Origin: Cyanophora paradoxa CCMP329
Lineage: Eukaryota; Plantae; Glaucophyta
Reading direction: 5' to 3'
Assembly: GCA_004431415.1 (NCBI GenBank)
Contig: QPMI01000477.1
Location: forward strand, 434,001-498,000
DNA: 64,000 bases
The translations under genes were made by a program, and so were the position numbers. The number at the start of each line of letters is the position of its first letter. Position 1 is the first letter of the stretch. The notes below the pieces were generated by a model. It saw nothing but the letters and a program-made list of their open reading frames with translations, was not told the DNA's origin and did not search any database. This document shows, piece by piece, positions 10,801 through 21,643 of this stretch.

Positions 10801-13800
10801 TGCATACGCCTACCCGGGCGATCTGTGGAGCATCCTCGCGCTGGCGCTCGGCCCGTCGGCGGCGCAGGCGGACGGCTCGTCGGCCCTCGAGTGCGAGCGG
10901 GCGTGGGCCCCCGCCGACGGCGCCCTCGACTGCACCTTCAGCCCGCGGCGCGGCAACGCTCCCATCGCCGTCGAGGCCGCCGCGTGAGCCGCCTCGCTTT
11001 CGCGCAGGCCGCCCTGCAGCCGATCGACGGCTCCCGCGCGCAGATTCGCGGTGCAGCTGACGAGCGGCGAGGCGAGCCGGACGGTGTTCCTGTCGGGGGC
11101 GAGCGCGTCGTCGTTCGCGTTCTCGGTGCCGGTGGCGGGCGTGCTCGGCCGGGCGCAGCTGCACGCGTACCTCACGGCGACAGGGCGCGTCGTGGGCCGC
11201 CCGCTCGACGTCGAGGCCGTCGGTGCAAAGCCGCCATGCCTCACAGGCCGAGCGGCAGCCGAATCATTGAACGATGGGCCCGCGCGCAGAGAGCCCGGAC
11301 AGCACGTCGGAGCTCGACTGCGGGGCGCGGCTGCGAGCCCCCGGCCGACCGGTCCAATGCAGTGCGCTCGCCCGTCTTGAAACCGAACCGTGCGTGGCCA
11401 GAGTGCCGACACCACGCCGCGCAGCGCTGTACCCGCGGTCGATGGGGCGGGCGGTCGCGGTCGAGTCGGAGCGCGTGCTGGTGAGTGGCGTGAACGGGAC
11501 CGCGCAGCTGCAGCTGGCGGCGGGAGGCGCGGGCGCCAGCCTGGCGGGCGCTGGAGGCGTCGGGATCACATTAATATTCTGGCCGTCCACGGGGCCGAAC
11601 TCAAACACGAGTGGCGGGGCGGTGCGGGCGTTCGTGGGATCGGCGGCGCTGTACAGCGAGTTCGTCTTCTTCGGTACGTATACGCCCGTCAGGCGCCGCC
11701 CTCGTTGTTGGATGGGTGTTTTGCGGCGGGGCGCGCACGCGAATCCGTTCCCTCACCGTTCTTTGCCTGTGCAGAGATGAACATGTACATGACCGCGAAA
11801 CCGAGCCCCGCCGCTGCGGGCAGCAACACAACGGCACCGCCGACGTCGGCATCGCCCTCGCCAGTCGTGCGCCCCTGATCGTTGCGGTCGGCGACTGTGC
11901 TCGCGCCCCCTCACTCGATTCGCAGCCGTCGCCGTCGCCCGCGGGAGCGCCGGCGCCCAGCGCCACGCCCGCGCACGTCCCCGTCCCACCGCCGACGCCT
12001 GCACCAGCTCCGTCGCCAGCTGTGAACGCCTCTGTGTGCCGGGGAAATGCTGCGACGAGCTTGCTTCGACATTGAGGGAAGCATGATGCGATTTCGCGCA
12101 GGCGTCTGCAGGGGGAGACGATGCATACGCCTACCCGGGCGATCTGTGGAGCATCCTCGCGCTGGAGCTCGGCCCGTCGGCGGCGCAGGCGGACGGCACG
12201 TCGGCCCTCGAGTGCGAGCGGGCGTGGGCCCCCGCCGACGGCGCCCTCGACTGCACCTTCAGTCCGCGGCGCGGCAACGCTCCCATCGCCGTCGAGGCCG
12301 CCGCGTGCGCCGCCCGCCCTCGCGCAGGCCGCCCTGCAGTCAATTGACGGCTTCCCGCGCCCAGGTTCGCGGTGCAGCTGACGAGCGGCGAGGCGAGCCG
12401 GACGGTGTTCCTGTCGGGGGCGAGCGCGTCGTCGTTCGCGTTCTCGGTGCCGGTGGCGGGCGTGCTCGGCCGGGCGCAGCTGCGCGCGTACCTCGCGGCG
12501 ACGGGGCGCGTCGTGGGCCGCTCGCTCGACGTCGAGACCGTCGGTGCGGAGCCGCCCTGCAGCTGCATCACAGACCAAATGACAGCCGAATCGTTGACGA
12601 CGGGCCCGCGCGCAGAGAGTCCCGACAGCACGTCGGAGCTCGACTGCGGGGCGCGGCTGCGAGCCCCCGGCCAGCCGGTCCAATGCAGTGCGCGCGCCCA
12701 TCTCGAAACCGAACCGTGCGTGGCCAGAGTGCCGACACCACGCCGCGCAGCGCTGTACCCGCGGTCGATGGGGCGGGCGGTCGCGGTCGAGTCGGAGCAG
12801 GTGCTGGTGAGCGGCGTGAACGGGACCGCGCAGCTGCAGCCGGCGGCGGGAGGCGCGGGCGCCAGCCTGACGGGCGCTGGAGGCGTCGGGATAACGTTCC
12901 GGCCAAGCAGCGCCGCGGGGGCGAACGCGAGCGGCGGGGCGGTGCGGGCATTCGTGGGATCGGCGGCGCTGTACAGCGAGTTCGTCTTCTTCGGTATGTA
13001 TACGCGCGTCAGGCCCCGCCATCCTGGCCATGGCCCATGGCCGGATGGGACTTAGTTTTGCGGCGGGGCGTGCTCGAATCCGATCTCTGACCGTTTTTCG
13101 CCTGTGCAGAGCTGAACATGTACATGGCCGCGAAACCGAGCCCCGCCGCTGCGGGCAGCAACGCAACGGCGCCGTCGACGTCGGCAACGCCCTCGCCCTC
13201 GCCAAGCCAGCACCTAGCTACAGAGCCGTCGGCAACGGCAAGCCCGACCGCGTCCCCATCAAGCACAGCGCTAGCAAGCCCGTCGCCGTCGCCGAGCCTG
13301 CAGGCAGAGCTGTCGGCGACGGCAAGCCCGACCGCGTCTCCGTCGAGCACAGCGCTAGCAAGCCCGTCGCCGTCGCCGAGCCTGCAGCCAGAGCTGTCGG
13401 CGACGGCAAGCCCGACCGCGTCTCCGTCAGGCACAGCGAGCCCGTCGCCGTCGCCGAGCCTGCAGCCAGAGCCATCGGCGACGGCAAGCCCGACCGCGTC
13501 TCCATCGATCACAGCGCTAGCAAGCCCGCGGCCGTCGCCGTCGCCGAGCCTGCAGGCAGAGCTGTCGGCAACGGCAAGCCCGACCGCGTCTCCGTCGAGC
13601 ACAGCGCTTGCAAGCCCGTCGCCGTCGCCGCGCCTGCAGCCAGAGCCATCGGCGACGGCAAGCCCGACCGCGTCTCCGTCGAGCACAGCGCTAGCAAGCC
13701 CGTCGCCGTCGCCGAGCCTGCAGCCAGAGCTGTCGGCGACGGCAAGCCCGACCGCGTCTCCGTCAGGCACAGCGAGCCCGTCGCCCTCGCCAAGCCTGCA

Positions 13801-16800
13801 GTCCGAGCCATCGGCGACGGCAAGCCCGACCGCGTCTCCGTCGGGCACAGTGAGCCCGTCGCCGTCGCCAAGCCTGCAGTCCGAGCCGTCGGCGACGGCA
13901 AGCCCGACCGCATCTCCAACCAGCGCAGCGAGCCCGTCGCCGCCGCCAAGCCTGCAGCTGCAGGCAGAGCCGTCGGCAACGGCAAGCCCGACCGCGTCTC
14001 CATCGAGCTTGAGCACAGCGAGCCCGTCGCCGTCGCCGAGCCTGCAGGCAGAGCCGTCGGCAACGGCAAGCCCGACCGCGTCTCCGTCGAGCACAGCGAG
14101 CCCGTCGCCGTCGGCAACAGCAAGCCCGTCGCCGTCGGCAACGGCAAGCCCGACCGCGTCTCCGTCGAGCACAGCGAGCCCGTCGCCGTCGGCAACAGCA
14201 AGCCCGTCGCCGTCGGCAACTGCAAGCCCGACCGTGTCTCCATCAAGCACAGCGAGCCCGTCGCCGTCGGCAACAGCAAGCCCGTCGCCGTCGGCAACGG
14301 CAAGCCCGACCGCGTCTCCGTCGAGCACAGCGAGCCCGTCGCCGTCGGCAACAGCAAGCCCGTCGCCGTCGGCAACTGCGAGCCCGACCGTGTCTCCATC
14401 AAGCACAGCAAGCCCGTCGCCGTCGGCAACAGCAAGCCCGTCGCCGTCGGCAACTGCAAGCCCGACCGCGTCTCCATCAAGCACAGCAAGCCCGTCGCCA
14501 TCGGCAACAGCAAGCCCGTCGCCGTCGGCAACTGCAAGCCCGACCGCGTCTCCGTCGAGCACAGCGAGCCCGTCGCCGTCGGCAGCAGCAAGCCCGTCGC
14601 CGTCGGCAACGGCAAGCCCGACCGTGTCTCCATCAAGCACAGCAAGCCCGTCGCCGTCTCCAAGCGCGAAACCGTCGGCGACGGCAAGCCCGACCGCGTC
14701 TCCATCGAGCACACCGAAACCGAGCCCCTCGCCCTCTCATCAGCTGAACGTGAAATTGAAGCCGACACCGTCATCGTCGCCACTTCCGCATCCACCAACT
14801 CCGTCCGCGTCCCCGTCGAGCGTGCCTCTCGCGAACGGTGCTTTGCTTGCTTCCTCTCTCCAAGCTTTTGCAAGCTTGGTTTTTAAATATGAACATTCTA
14901 ACTTGCTTTACGTGGTCATGGGTTGTAGTGTGTGGTCTGCAACTGCAGCCCGCATCTCTCCAGGCACGCCTTGTGGGGATCGATAAGGTCGAGGTTTCCT
15001 GGAGCCCTGCGGTCGCGGAGCCCCCGTCCGGCTGCTCTTCCCTTGTTGTCGGTCTGTTCGCGACGGGCGGCGCGTCCTCGCCTGCCGCCGCTGCTGCGCG
15101 GTGGCTCTCGGCGCCCCTTTGGACGTACAAGACGCCCGTGTTCCGCCTGTCCCTGTCGGATGCCGCTCGCATCGACGCCGGCGTGCTTTACATCGTCCGC
15201 GTTGTCGCCGAGTCGTTTGGTGGCGGCGACGGGCGTGATCCCAAGGCGCCGCCGCTCCCTTCCACTGTCTTGGAGTTTCCGCGTGCGTGGCATTTTAATT
15301 TCTGCGATAATTGCGCATGCGTTCAATCTGAGATTCATGACGACGTGGAATCTGCTTGCATTCACAGTGACAGAGCCAAGGACAGCAGCTGCTTCGTACA
15401 CGGTCCGCGCGACCGAAATCGGGACCGGGTGGCTTAACCTTGTGTGGGGTGCGCCATCGTATCGGCTCGCAAACAAGGAACAGTTTTGCTCAATTCCGTG
15501 CAGAGTCCTTTGCTTTCAGTGAGGGTGCGTTCGGCGGCGCGCGGCCCGCGTCGGGATCTGGATCTGAGGCCGGCGCACTCGTCTTTGGGGCGGGTTGGGC
15601 CGAACCGCGCTTCACGGTCACCCTCTCCTCATCGGACGGCGCGCCACGATCGTGGGAGGGCCTCGCGGGCGCCGCGCACAACGCGACGGGTCTGCAACCC
15701 GGGGCGACGTACGGCGTGGCGGTGCGGCAGGGCTGGGTCGGCCTCTCGGAGTCGTTCCTCCTCGACAGCATACTTGCCCGCACCGCGTCGCAGACGGGTG
15801 AACTTTGATATTAATCTCGCTTGAAATATCTGGGAGTTCTGCTTACTTGGACGACAGGCAACGCGACGGCGTCGGCCGTCGAGATCAGCTTGACGCTGCT
15901 CTTCTCCGACGCGGAGCTGGCGGACCTCGTCGAAGTCGATCCGGACGCGAATTCCAACGCGAATTCCAACTCCAACGCCAACTCCAACGCGAATTCGAAC
16001 GGAAATTCGAAAGGCAACGCCGGCGCTGGATCCAACTCGAACGCGGGCGCGAATTCGAAGGCGGAAACCGCACCAAGCGCTGTTGCCTTCACAATTACGT
16101 TCGACCTGCCCTGCTCCAGCCTTTCCGTGTGCCTTTCTTATCCATGTCGGGTATTTTATATATTTATTTATATCTCCGCGCAGGGCTCCCTGGCGAAACG
16201 AATGGTGCAATCGCTGACAGAGACGCTGGAGCTGGAGGCGGGGCAGCTCCGCTTCACCGGCATCCGCTGCGTCGCCGCCGCCTCACGCGCCCGCCGCCTT
16301 GCCGCCGGCGCCGCTGCGGGCGGCGACCGCGTGCTGGCGGACTTCGTCGCGCGCGCCTCGGCGGAGGTGCAGTCGGCCGGCGCCGCGTCGACGGCGGCGG
16401 AGCTGCAGCGCATCGAAACGGCTCTGGCGGCGCCCGAAGTCGCCAAGAGCCTCGCCGAGGGCGGCGCCCCCGTCGTCCAGCTCGCCGTCAAGCCGGCGGC
16501 GACAGCGGCGCCCGCCTCCGCCCCTGCGGACTCGGCTTCTTCTTCTTCTGCGCCGACGTCGAAGCCCTCACAGACATCGTTATCGGATTCGGGCTCCGGC
16601 GGGCTGCCCCTCGCGGTCGTCGCTGGCGCGGCGGGCGGTGGAGCGGCTCTAGTGGCGGCCGTCATCGCAGCCGTCGTCCTCCGTCGCCGGCGGGCCGCCC
16701 GTCGTCGGCGTGGCTCCATTTCAGAGCTCGAGCCCCAGCCACTTTCCACAGCCGTTGCGGACGGGGCGCACAGGATGGAAGATGAAACGCCAGAGCCGGC

Positions 16801-17943
16801 AGGGGTTCGCTGGGCCCAGCCGTCGCCGCGCTTGAGTTTGGAGGTGAAGATCGGGGCCGGCATCGGCCGCGATCGCGAAGACGCGCCGGGTTCCGTCGAG
16901 AAAAACAGATTCGAAGCGAAGAAAACCACAAGCGCGACGACGACGACGCCTACCGCGAAACCGACGGCGGGTCGGGGCAGGGCCCCGAATTCGCGAACGA
17001 AGCTCACGGTCCAGCTGACGCCGCCCACGGCCGCCCACGCCTTCAGCTTCGTCGCGCCCCCGCAGCAGCGAGAGTCCCCGCGAAGGCCCGGGACGCTCGA
17101 TCGCGAGCTCGAAAGCGAGCCGGACGTCGACGTCGACGTCGATCTCAAGGATCCGGAGCCCGCGACATCGCCGTCGACGGGGATCCGGATCCGGAGCTCG
17201 AGCTCGAGGAATGCACAGCCGGCTGGCCATGGCACCGCGCCCGCCGACACGGGTCCGGGCTGCATCCAATCTCTCGAAAAGTTTGACGAGCCTCCATACG
17301 CCTCCGGATCCGCCCCCGCCGCCAATACCTCTCCAAATTCTTCGGCGTCGGTCTCGAACTCGGAACGCGCACGGAGGCTCGCGGGCAGGCTGCCGCCCCT
17401 CGCGATCGCGGTCCAGGGCCAGCTGCAGGGCCAGAGTCCGGGTAGAAGCGCGAGCCCCGCTTCGGGCCCCGCGCTGCCTCCGAAGCCCACCTACGTCTCC
17501 GGCGCAGCCAACGTAAACTTAAGCTTTAACCAGGGCGCATCAGACGTCCCCTGTTCTCCAGGTCGCCTCGCCCAAGTGCGCCGCCTGCATCGATTAGCAC
17601 TACTCCCCGACTCGGATTCAAAATGATCGTTATCTTTCCGCGGCAGGTACGGGGCCAACCCTCGATCGAGCGCGAGGCAGAGTCGCAGTCCGCGAGCGCA
17701 GACAAGTCGAAGCAGGGCGCTCAGCCGCGGACAGGCCGGGGAGCCGTGGCTCAACCCCGCGGCCGGGGCCTCGTTCCCCCTCCACCCAAGGGGGGCGCCC
17801 CGGATCCAGCAGCAGAGTCGGTTCCAGAGCCCGCACGATCCGTCAGCCCCGGGGGGCGCTCGCGCGGCCTGCAGGTTGGGGCCGAAATCGAGGCCTTGCC
17901 TGGCGCAATCGAAGTCGACGTCGCCCCTCGGATTTATATCTAA
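7806..17943 (+). CDS. Large type-I cell-surface glycoprotein: signal anchor/peptide, 4 tandem units of paired Ig-like domains, ~570 aa Ser/Thr/Pro/Ala stalk, FN3-like domains, SEA-like region, single TM, long cytoplasmic tail
   Basis: N-terminal hydrophobic stretch AELAVSIVSLIAIISLCGNFACA. Spliced units contain ADGSSALEC...LDCTFSPR and PDSTSELDC...VQCTLYPR. SATASPTASPSS repeats. FN3 motifs VEVSWSP and ATGLQPGATYGVAVR. TM at about 16605-16681 followed by a basic stop-transfer. Stop TAA 17941-17943. One apparent 1-nt loss at about 10636. Confidence 0.8.
8168..13110 (+). repeat. Four intragenic tandem repeat units of about 1.32 kb (exons plus introns)
   Basis: The linker exon starts at 9464, 10781 and 12102 (periods 1317 and 1321); exons and introns are near-identical between units. 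Confidence 0.95.
13190..14730 (+). repeat. Coding minisatellite for the mucin/HRGP-like S/T/P/A stalk
   Basis: Units of about 26-28 aa (SATASPTASPSSTALASPSPSPSLQPEP) grade into SATASPTASPSSTASPSP + SATASPSP units; core DNA cggcaagcccgaccgcgtctcc. Confidence 0.95.
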
Positions 17944-20900
17944 TTTGAGGCCCAAAAATTGAATCCGCAGCTCGCCGCGCCTCGTTTACTCTTGCGCCTG
18001 CAGCTGATCGTTGCAGCTGCAGCTGCTGATCACAAATCATTGAATATGTATTAATCCTCGGATTCGAATGTAGTGCCCCCGATTGCGAATTCATCCTCGA
18101 ATGATCGCAATCATGGGTTCGACGTCTGCGATCATGATCATGACGTGAAGAGAGAGGCCGCCAGCCGCGATGAAGCCTAGCTATAGGCCTAGGCCTGCCG
18201 CTGCCCGCGGCCGGCCACAGCTGCAGCGCGCGCTCTGGTCGAAGATCCAGGCCCGGGGACCCGCCCTGTTTTAGCTTTACTAAGTTAGCTAGCTTCTAAC
18301 TTTAGATTTAGATTTAGATCTAACTTTTGGAACCTACTAGTACGGCCCAGCTGCAGCCCATAGCTGGGCCTGCTGCGGTGCAGCTGGCTGCACTGGCCAT
18401 GGCCATATATGCATGCCATGATGGGCTGCAGCTGAGCAATATTAATGGTCTCAGGCCCCTAAATTAAAGACCGTCGGACTTCAAGGCTTGAACGGAGGAC
18501 GGCGCCCGGCGGGCCGGCGGCGGCCGGCCCCCTGGACGGGTCAGCGTGCGAAATTCATGATCAGTCAGCGCTAGAGCTGGCGCGAAATTCGAGCTCCAAG
18601 CCGCGGGCCGGGGCGGCTTGATCAAGCCATCGAGCCGCCAGGAAAAGCTCAATTGCAAGCTCAAGCCCGCCGCGCCCGATCGATATCCGAGCGCGAACGC
18701 GGCCCTAGGCCTGGGATCGCCAGAGAGCATGCATTCGCGCCGTGGTGGCAGCGCGCCGATGCTCGACTGCACGCTTGCGACTGGGGCCGCGCACGCGCTC
18801 GCCGCGCTCGTGCAGCTCGTCAGCGCCGAGTTCAGCAGCAGCGCCGTCACGATGCGCTTCTTCAGCGACTCGAGCTCCAGCCACGGACTCGAGCTGCGGG
18901 TCATCAACGACGCTGCCACGTCCTTCTTCAAGGTACCGCGCGCGGCCCGAGCTTCCATGTCAGCTCTTCCGCGCACCCCTCACGCCGCACAAGCTCAGGA
19001 TGCACGACACGGCGTTCCGGCAATTCAGCATCGACAGCCCCACAGGCCTCGTCGGTACGCGCGGCGCAAGCGCGCGCGCGCCTGTCACGTAGCCGCTCAT
19101 TCGCCGTGCAGACGTCAGTGCGCTGCTCCGCACGCCTTGGGGCCTTCTTCAGCTCTTTAGTCTCTCCGCGCTCGCGCCCCCGCAGCCGTGAGCGCCGCGG
19201 ACCTGGCCCGCGTCTGCGCCACGGTGCGGCGGGAGGACGACGTGCGGCTCCAGGCGGGCCCGGAGTCGCTCAGCGTCTCCGTTCGGAAAGCGGGGAAGGG
19301 ATCCGCGCGGGGCCGAACCTCCGTCTACAAGCTCTCCCAGCTCGAGATCCTTGGCACCGGCCCGCGCCGCGCCGCCGCCCTGCTCCGATCCCCGCCGCGC
19401 ACCCGCGCGTCTCCACTAAGACCGCCCGCTGCCCGCGCCGCGTGCAGAGCCGATGTCCATCGACGTCCCGAGCGAGTTCTTCGAGGCCGAGGCCCTCATG
19501 CGTGCGCCGCCGTACCCCGGCTCCTCCTTCGCGTACCCCCCCCCCGAGACCCGTCCCCCCCCCCTCCAGCGGCCGACCTGCTGGGGGAGGTCTTCGCGGA
19601 GCTTCGGCCCCTCTCCGATGACGTCGTGATCCGCGTCGGGCCCGCGACCGTCGAGTTCGAGGGCGCGCCGTACCCCCCCACCCAATCCACCCCCATCCTC
19701 GGCCCCCTTCGCCTCGCTAGCCGCCCCGGTCTGGCCCGCAGCCCTTGGAACGAACCTCTCCGGGCGCGTTTCCATCGACGTGCCTACCCCCCCCCCCCCT
19801 CTCCGTATCGTACTTGATTCTCGTACCCCGCTTTGCCCGCAGGTTGGGACTGAGGTCCACGTCGCTATGTCGGGGAATCCCCCGCCCCCTGTGCACGTCA
19901 AGGCGCCCAGCCCGTACCCCCCGCGCGATCGCCCATGTACCCCGCTGAGCTCTTCCCCGCCTCCCCCGTGCAGTCCCGGCTGCTGAGGGGACCCGAGCGG
20001 ATGGCGAAGCTGGCTACCAACGCCCTCCTGCAGGCTCGACAGCTCTTTACATTTCTTAGCCCTCCGCCCGCCCTATTTCTGATAGCGAGCGCGCCCGTGG
20101 GCAGGTCGGGCCGGAGCGGCCGCTGGGCATCCTGTTCGAGGTACCCCCCGGGGCGGACGCGCACCTGTTCCTGGCCCCCCTCTCGAGGGAGGCCGAGGGC
20201 CCCGCGGGGCCCCCGTCCCCTTCCCAGGGGCCGCGCGCCACTGGCCCCGGGCCCGGGCCCGCAGGCGCAGGCGATGCCGACGGGGCGTAGGACTAAGCTT
20301 GAGCGCCCGCATCGCCGCGTCGGCCAAAGGATTTTGTCATTCAGTCAACAGACTCCAAAGCAATCCAAAGCAAGGGGGTTATGAGGCGTATGATACAGGG
20401 GCGGTCTCACTAGGTACAAAAGCTTTGCATGCGCTATTAAAAAGCAGAGGCGGGAGGAGAGGGGGTGTACATTGGACGGGCTGGTGCCGCCCAATCACGC
20501 TGCGGAGGTCTGAACTGCCGTATTTACGAAGCGGGAGGGAGGGTAACGAAGGTAAAGCAGGAAGGAAGGAAGAAGGGGGAAAGGCCGCTGCTGCTGCTGG
20601 TGGTGGTAAGGGCTAAGCCGGAGTTGGAATTCGATCCGGGGCGCGCATACGTATACGGGCCCGCCCCGGCCCCGCGCGCTACAAGCACTACTTGAAGCGG
20701 CGGAACTCCTGGCCGATGTAATCGCAGAGGATCGCCTTGCGGTACGGCGCCTTGAGCTTGCGCATGGCGCTCTGCTCGATCTGGCGGATGCGCTCGCGCG
20801 TGAGGCCCACTATCTCGCCGATCTCGTTCAGCGTCTTCGGCGAGCCGTCCACGAGCCCTGTACGCGCGCGTACGCCGCGGGTTAGCGGCGGGCCGCGCGA

Positions 20901-21643
20901 GCGGGCGGGCGGGCGGCGGGCGGCGGACCGTAGCGCATGCGGATGATGTCGCGTTCCCGCGCCTTGAGGGTCGCGAGCACGTTCTCCAGGTCTTCCCTGA
21001 GCATCGTCCGCTCCAGCTGCGCGCCGCGCGTCAGCAGCGGGAGCGCTGCCGGCGCGGCGCGGCGCGGGGCCGCTGGCGCTCGCTCGCTCGCTCGCTCGCC
21101 TGCTCGTCCGGCTGCAGGCACTCGCTCTCGATGAAGTCTCCCAGGTTGTTCCTCGCTTCGTCGAACTTGTTCGCTGAGATGGGACTCTCGAGCGCTGCGG
21201 GCCGAGACGGGCGCGCGTCAGCAGAGCTCGCGCGGCGGCGGCGCGGCCGGGCGCACAGATGGGGAGCGAGGCGGCCTGCGTGATGAACGCTAGCCGGGAT
21301 ACGGGGATGTTAAGCTCGTCCGCCAGTTCCTCCGGCGTTGGGATGCGCCCCAGTCTGCTCGCCAGCTGCTGCCGCCTGAGATGCGGGTGCCGAATCAGCG
21401 GGTGCGGGGCGGCGGGGCGGGCCGCGCGGGCGGGTCGCGCACGTCTTCTTGATGAGATAGAGCGAATCGTGCACGTGGACCGGCAGGCGGATGGTCCGGC
21501 CCTGGTCCTGGAGCGACCGGAAGATGGCCTGTCGGATCCACCACGTCGCGTACTGCGAGGGGCCCGGTTCGGCGTTCGGCGCGGCGGCCCGCACGGCGCA
21601 GAATCGCTCACCGTAAGGAACTTGAAGCCCTTGTCGGGGTCGA
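15326..21643. repeat. Tandem segmental duplication, downstream copy (intact reading frames)
   Basis: Identical ORF translations at +15325..+15341 offset (e.g. 12..197 vs 15337..15522; 5396..5605 vs 20737..20946). Confidence 0.97.
18759..20290 (+). CDS. Divergent PCNA-fold (PCNA/9-1-1 family) sliding clamp, about 299 aa, 10 exons
   Basis: Spliced product MLDCTL...LELRVINDAATSFFKLRMHDTAFRQFSID...RTSVYKLSQLEILEPMSIDVPSEFFEAEALMPADLLGEVFAELRPLSDDVVIRVGPATVEFEALGTNLSGRVSI...VGPERPLGILFEVPPGADAHLFLAP. This is colinear with the PCNA pattern (KLMDLD..LGIP..Y...VKMPS.EF.RI.RDLS..GD.V.I...V.F; C-terminal P-L....YYLAP). Length fits one clamp subunit. Confidence 0.75.

Noticed and set aside
13190-14730. 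CRISPR-like regularly spaced repeats
   Set aside because: The intervening sequence is itself repeated and coding; there are no unique spacers or cas genes, and the context is eukaryotic.
13009-14886. Long ORFs in alternative frames and antisense over the stalk (e.g. DGDAVGLAVADG repeats)
   Set aside because: Shadows of a stop-free GC-rich minisatellite; only the S/T/P/A frame splices in phase with the flanking exons.
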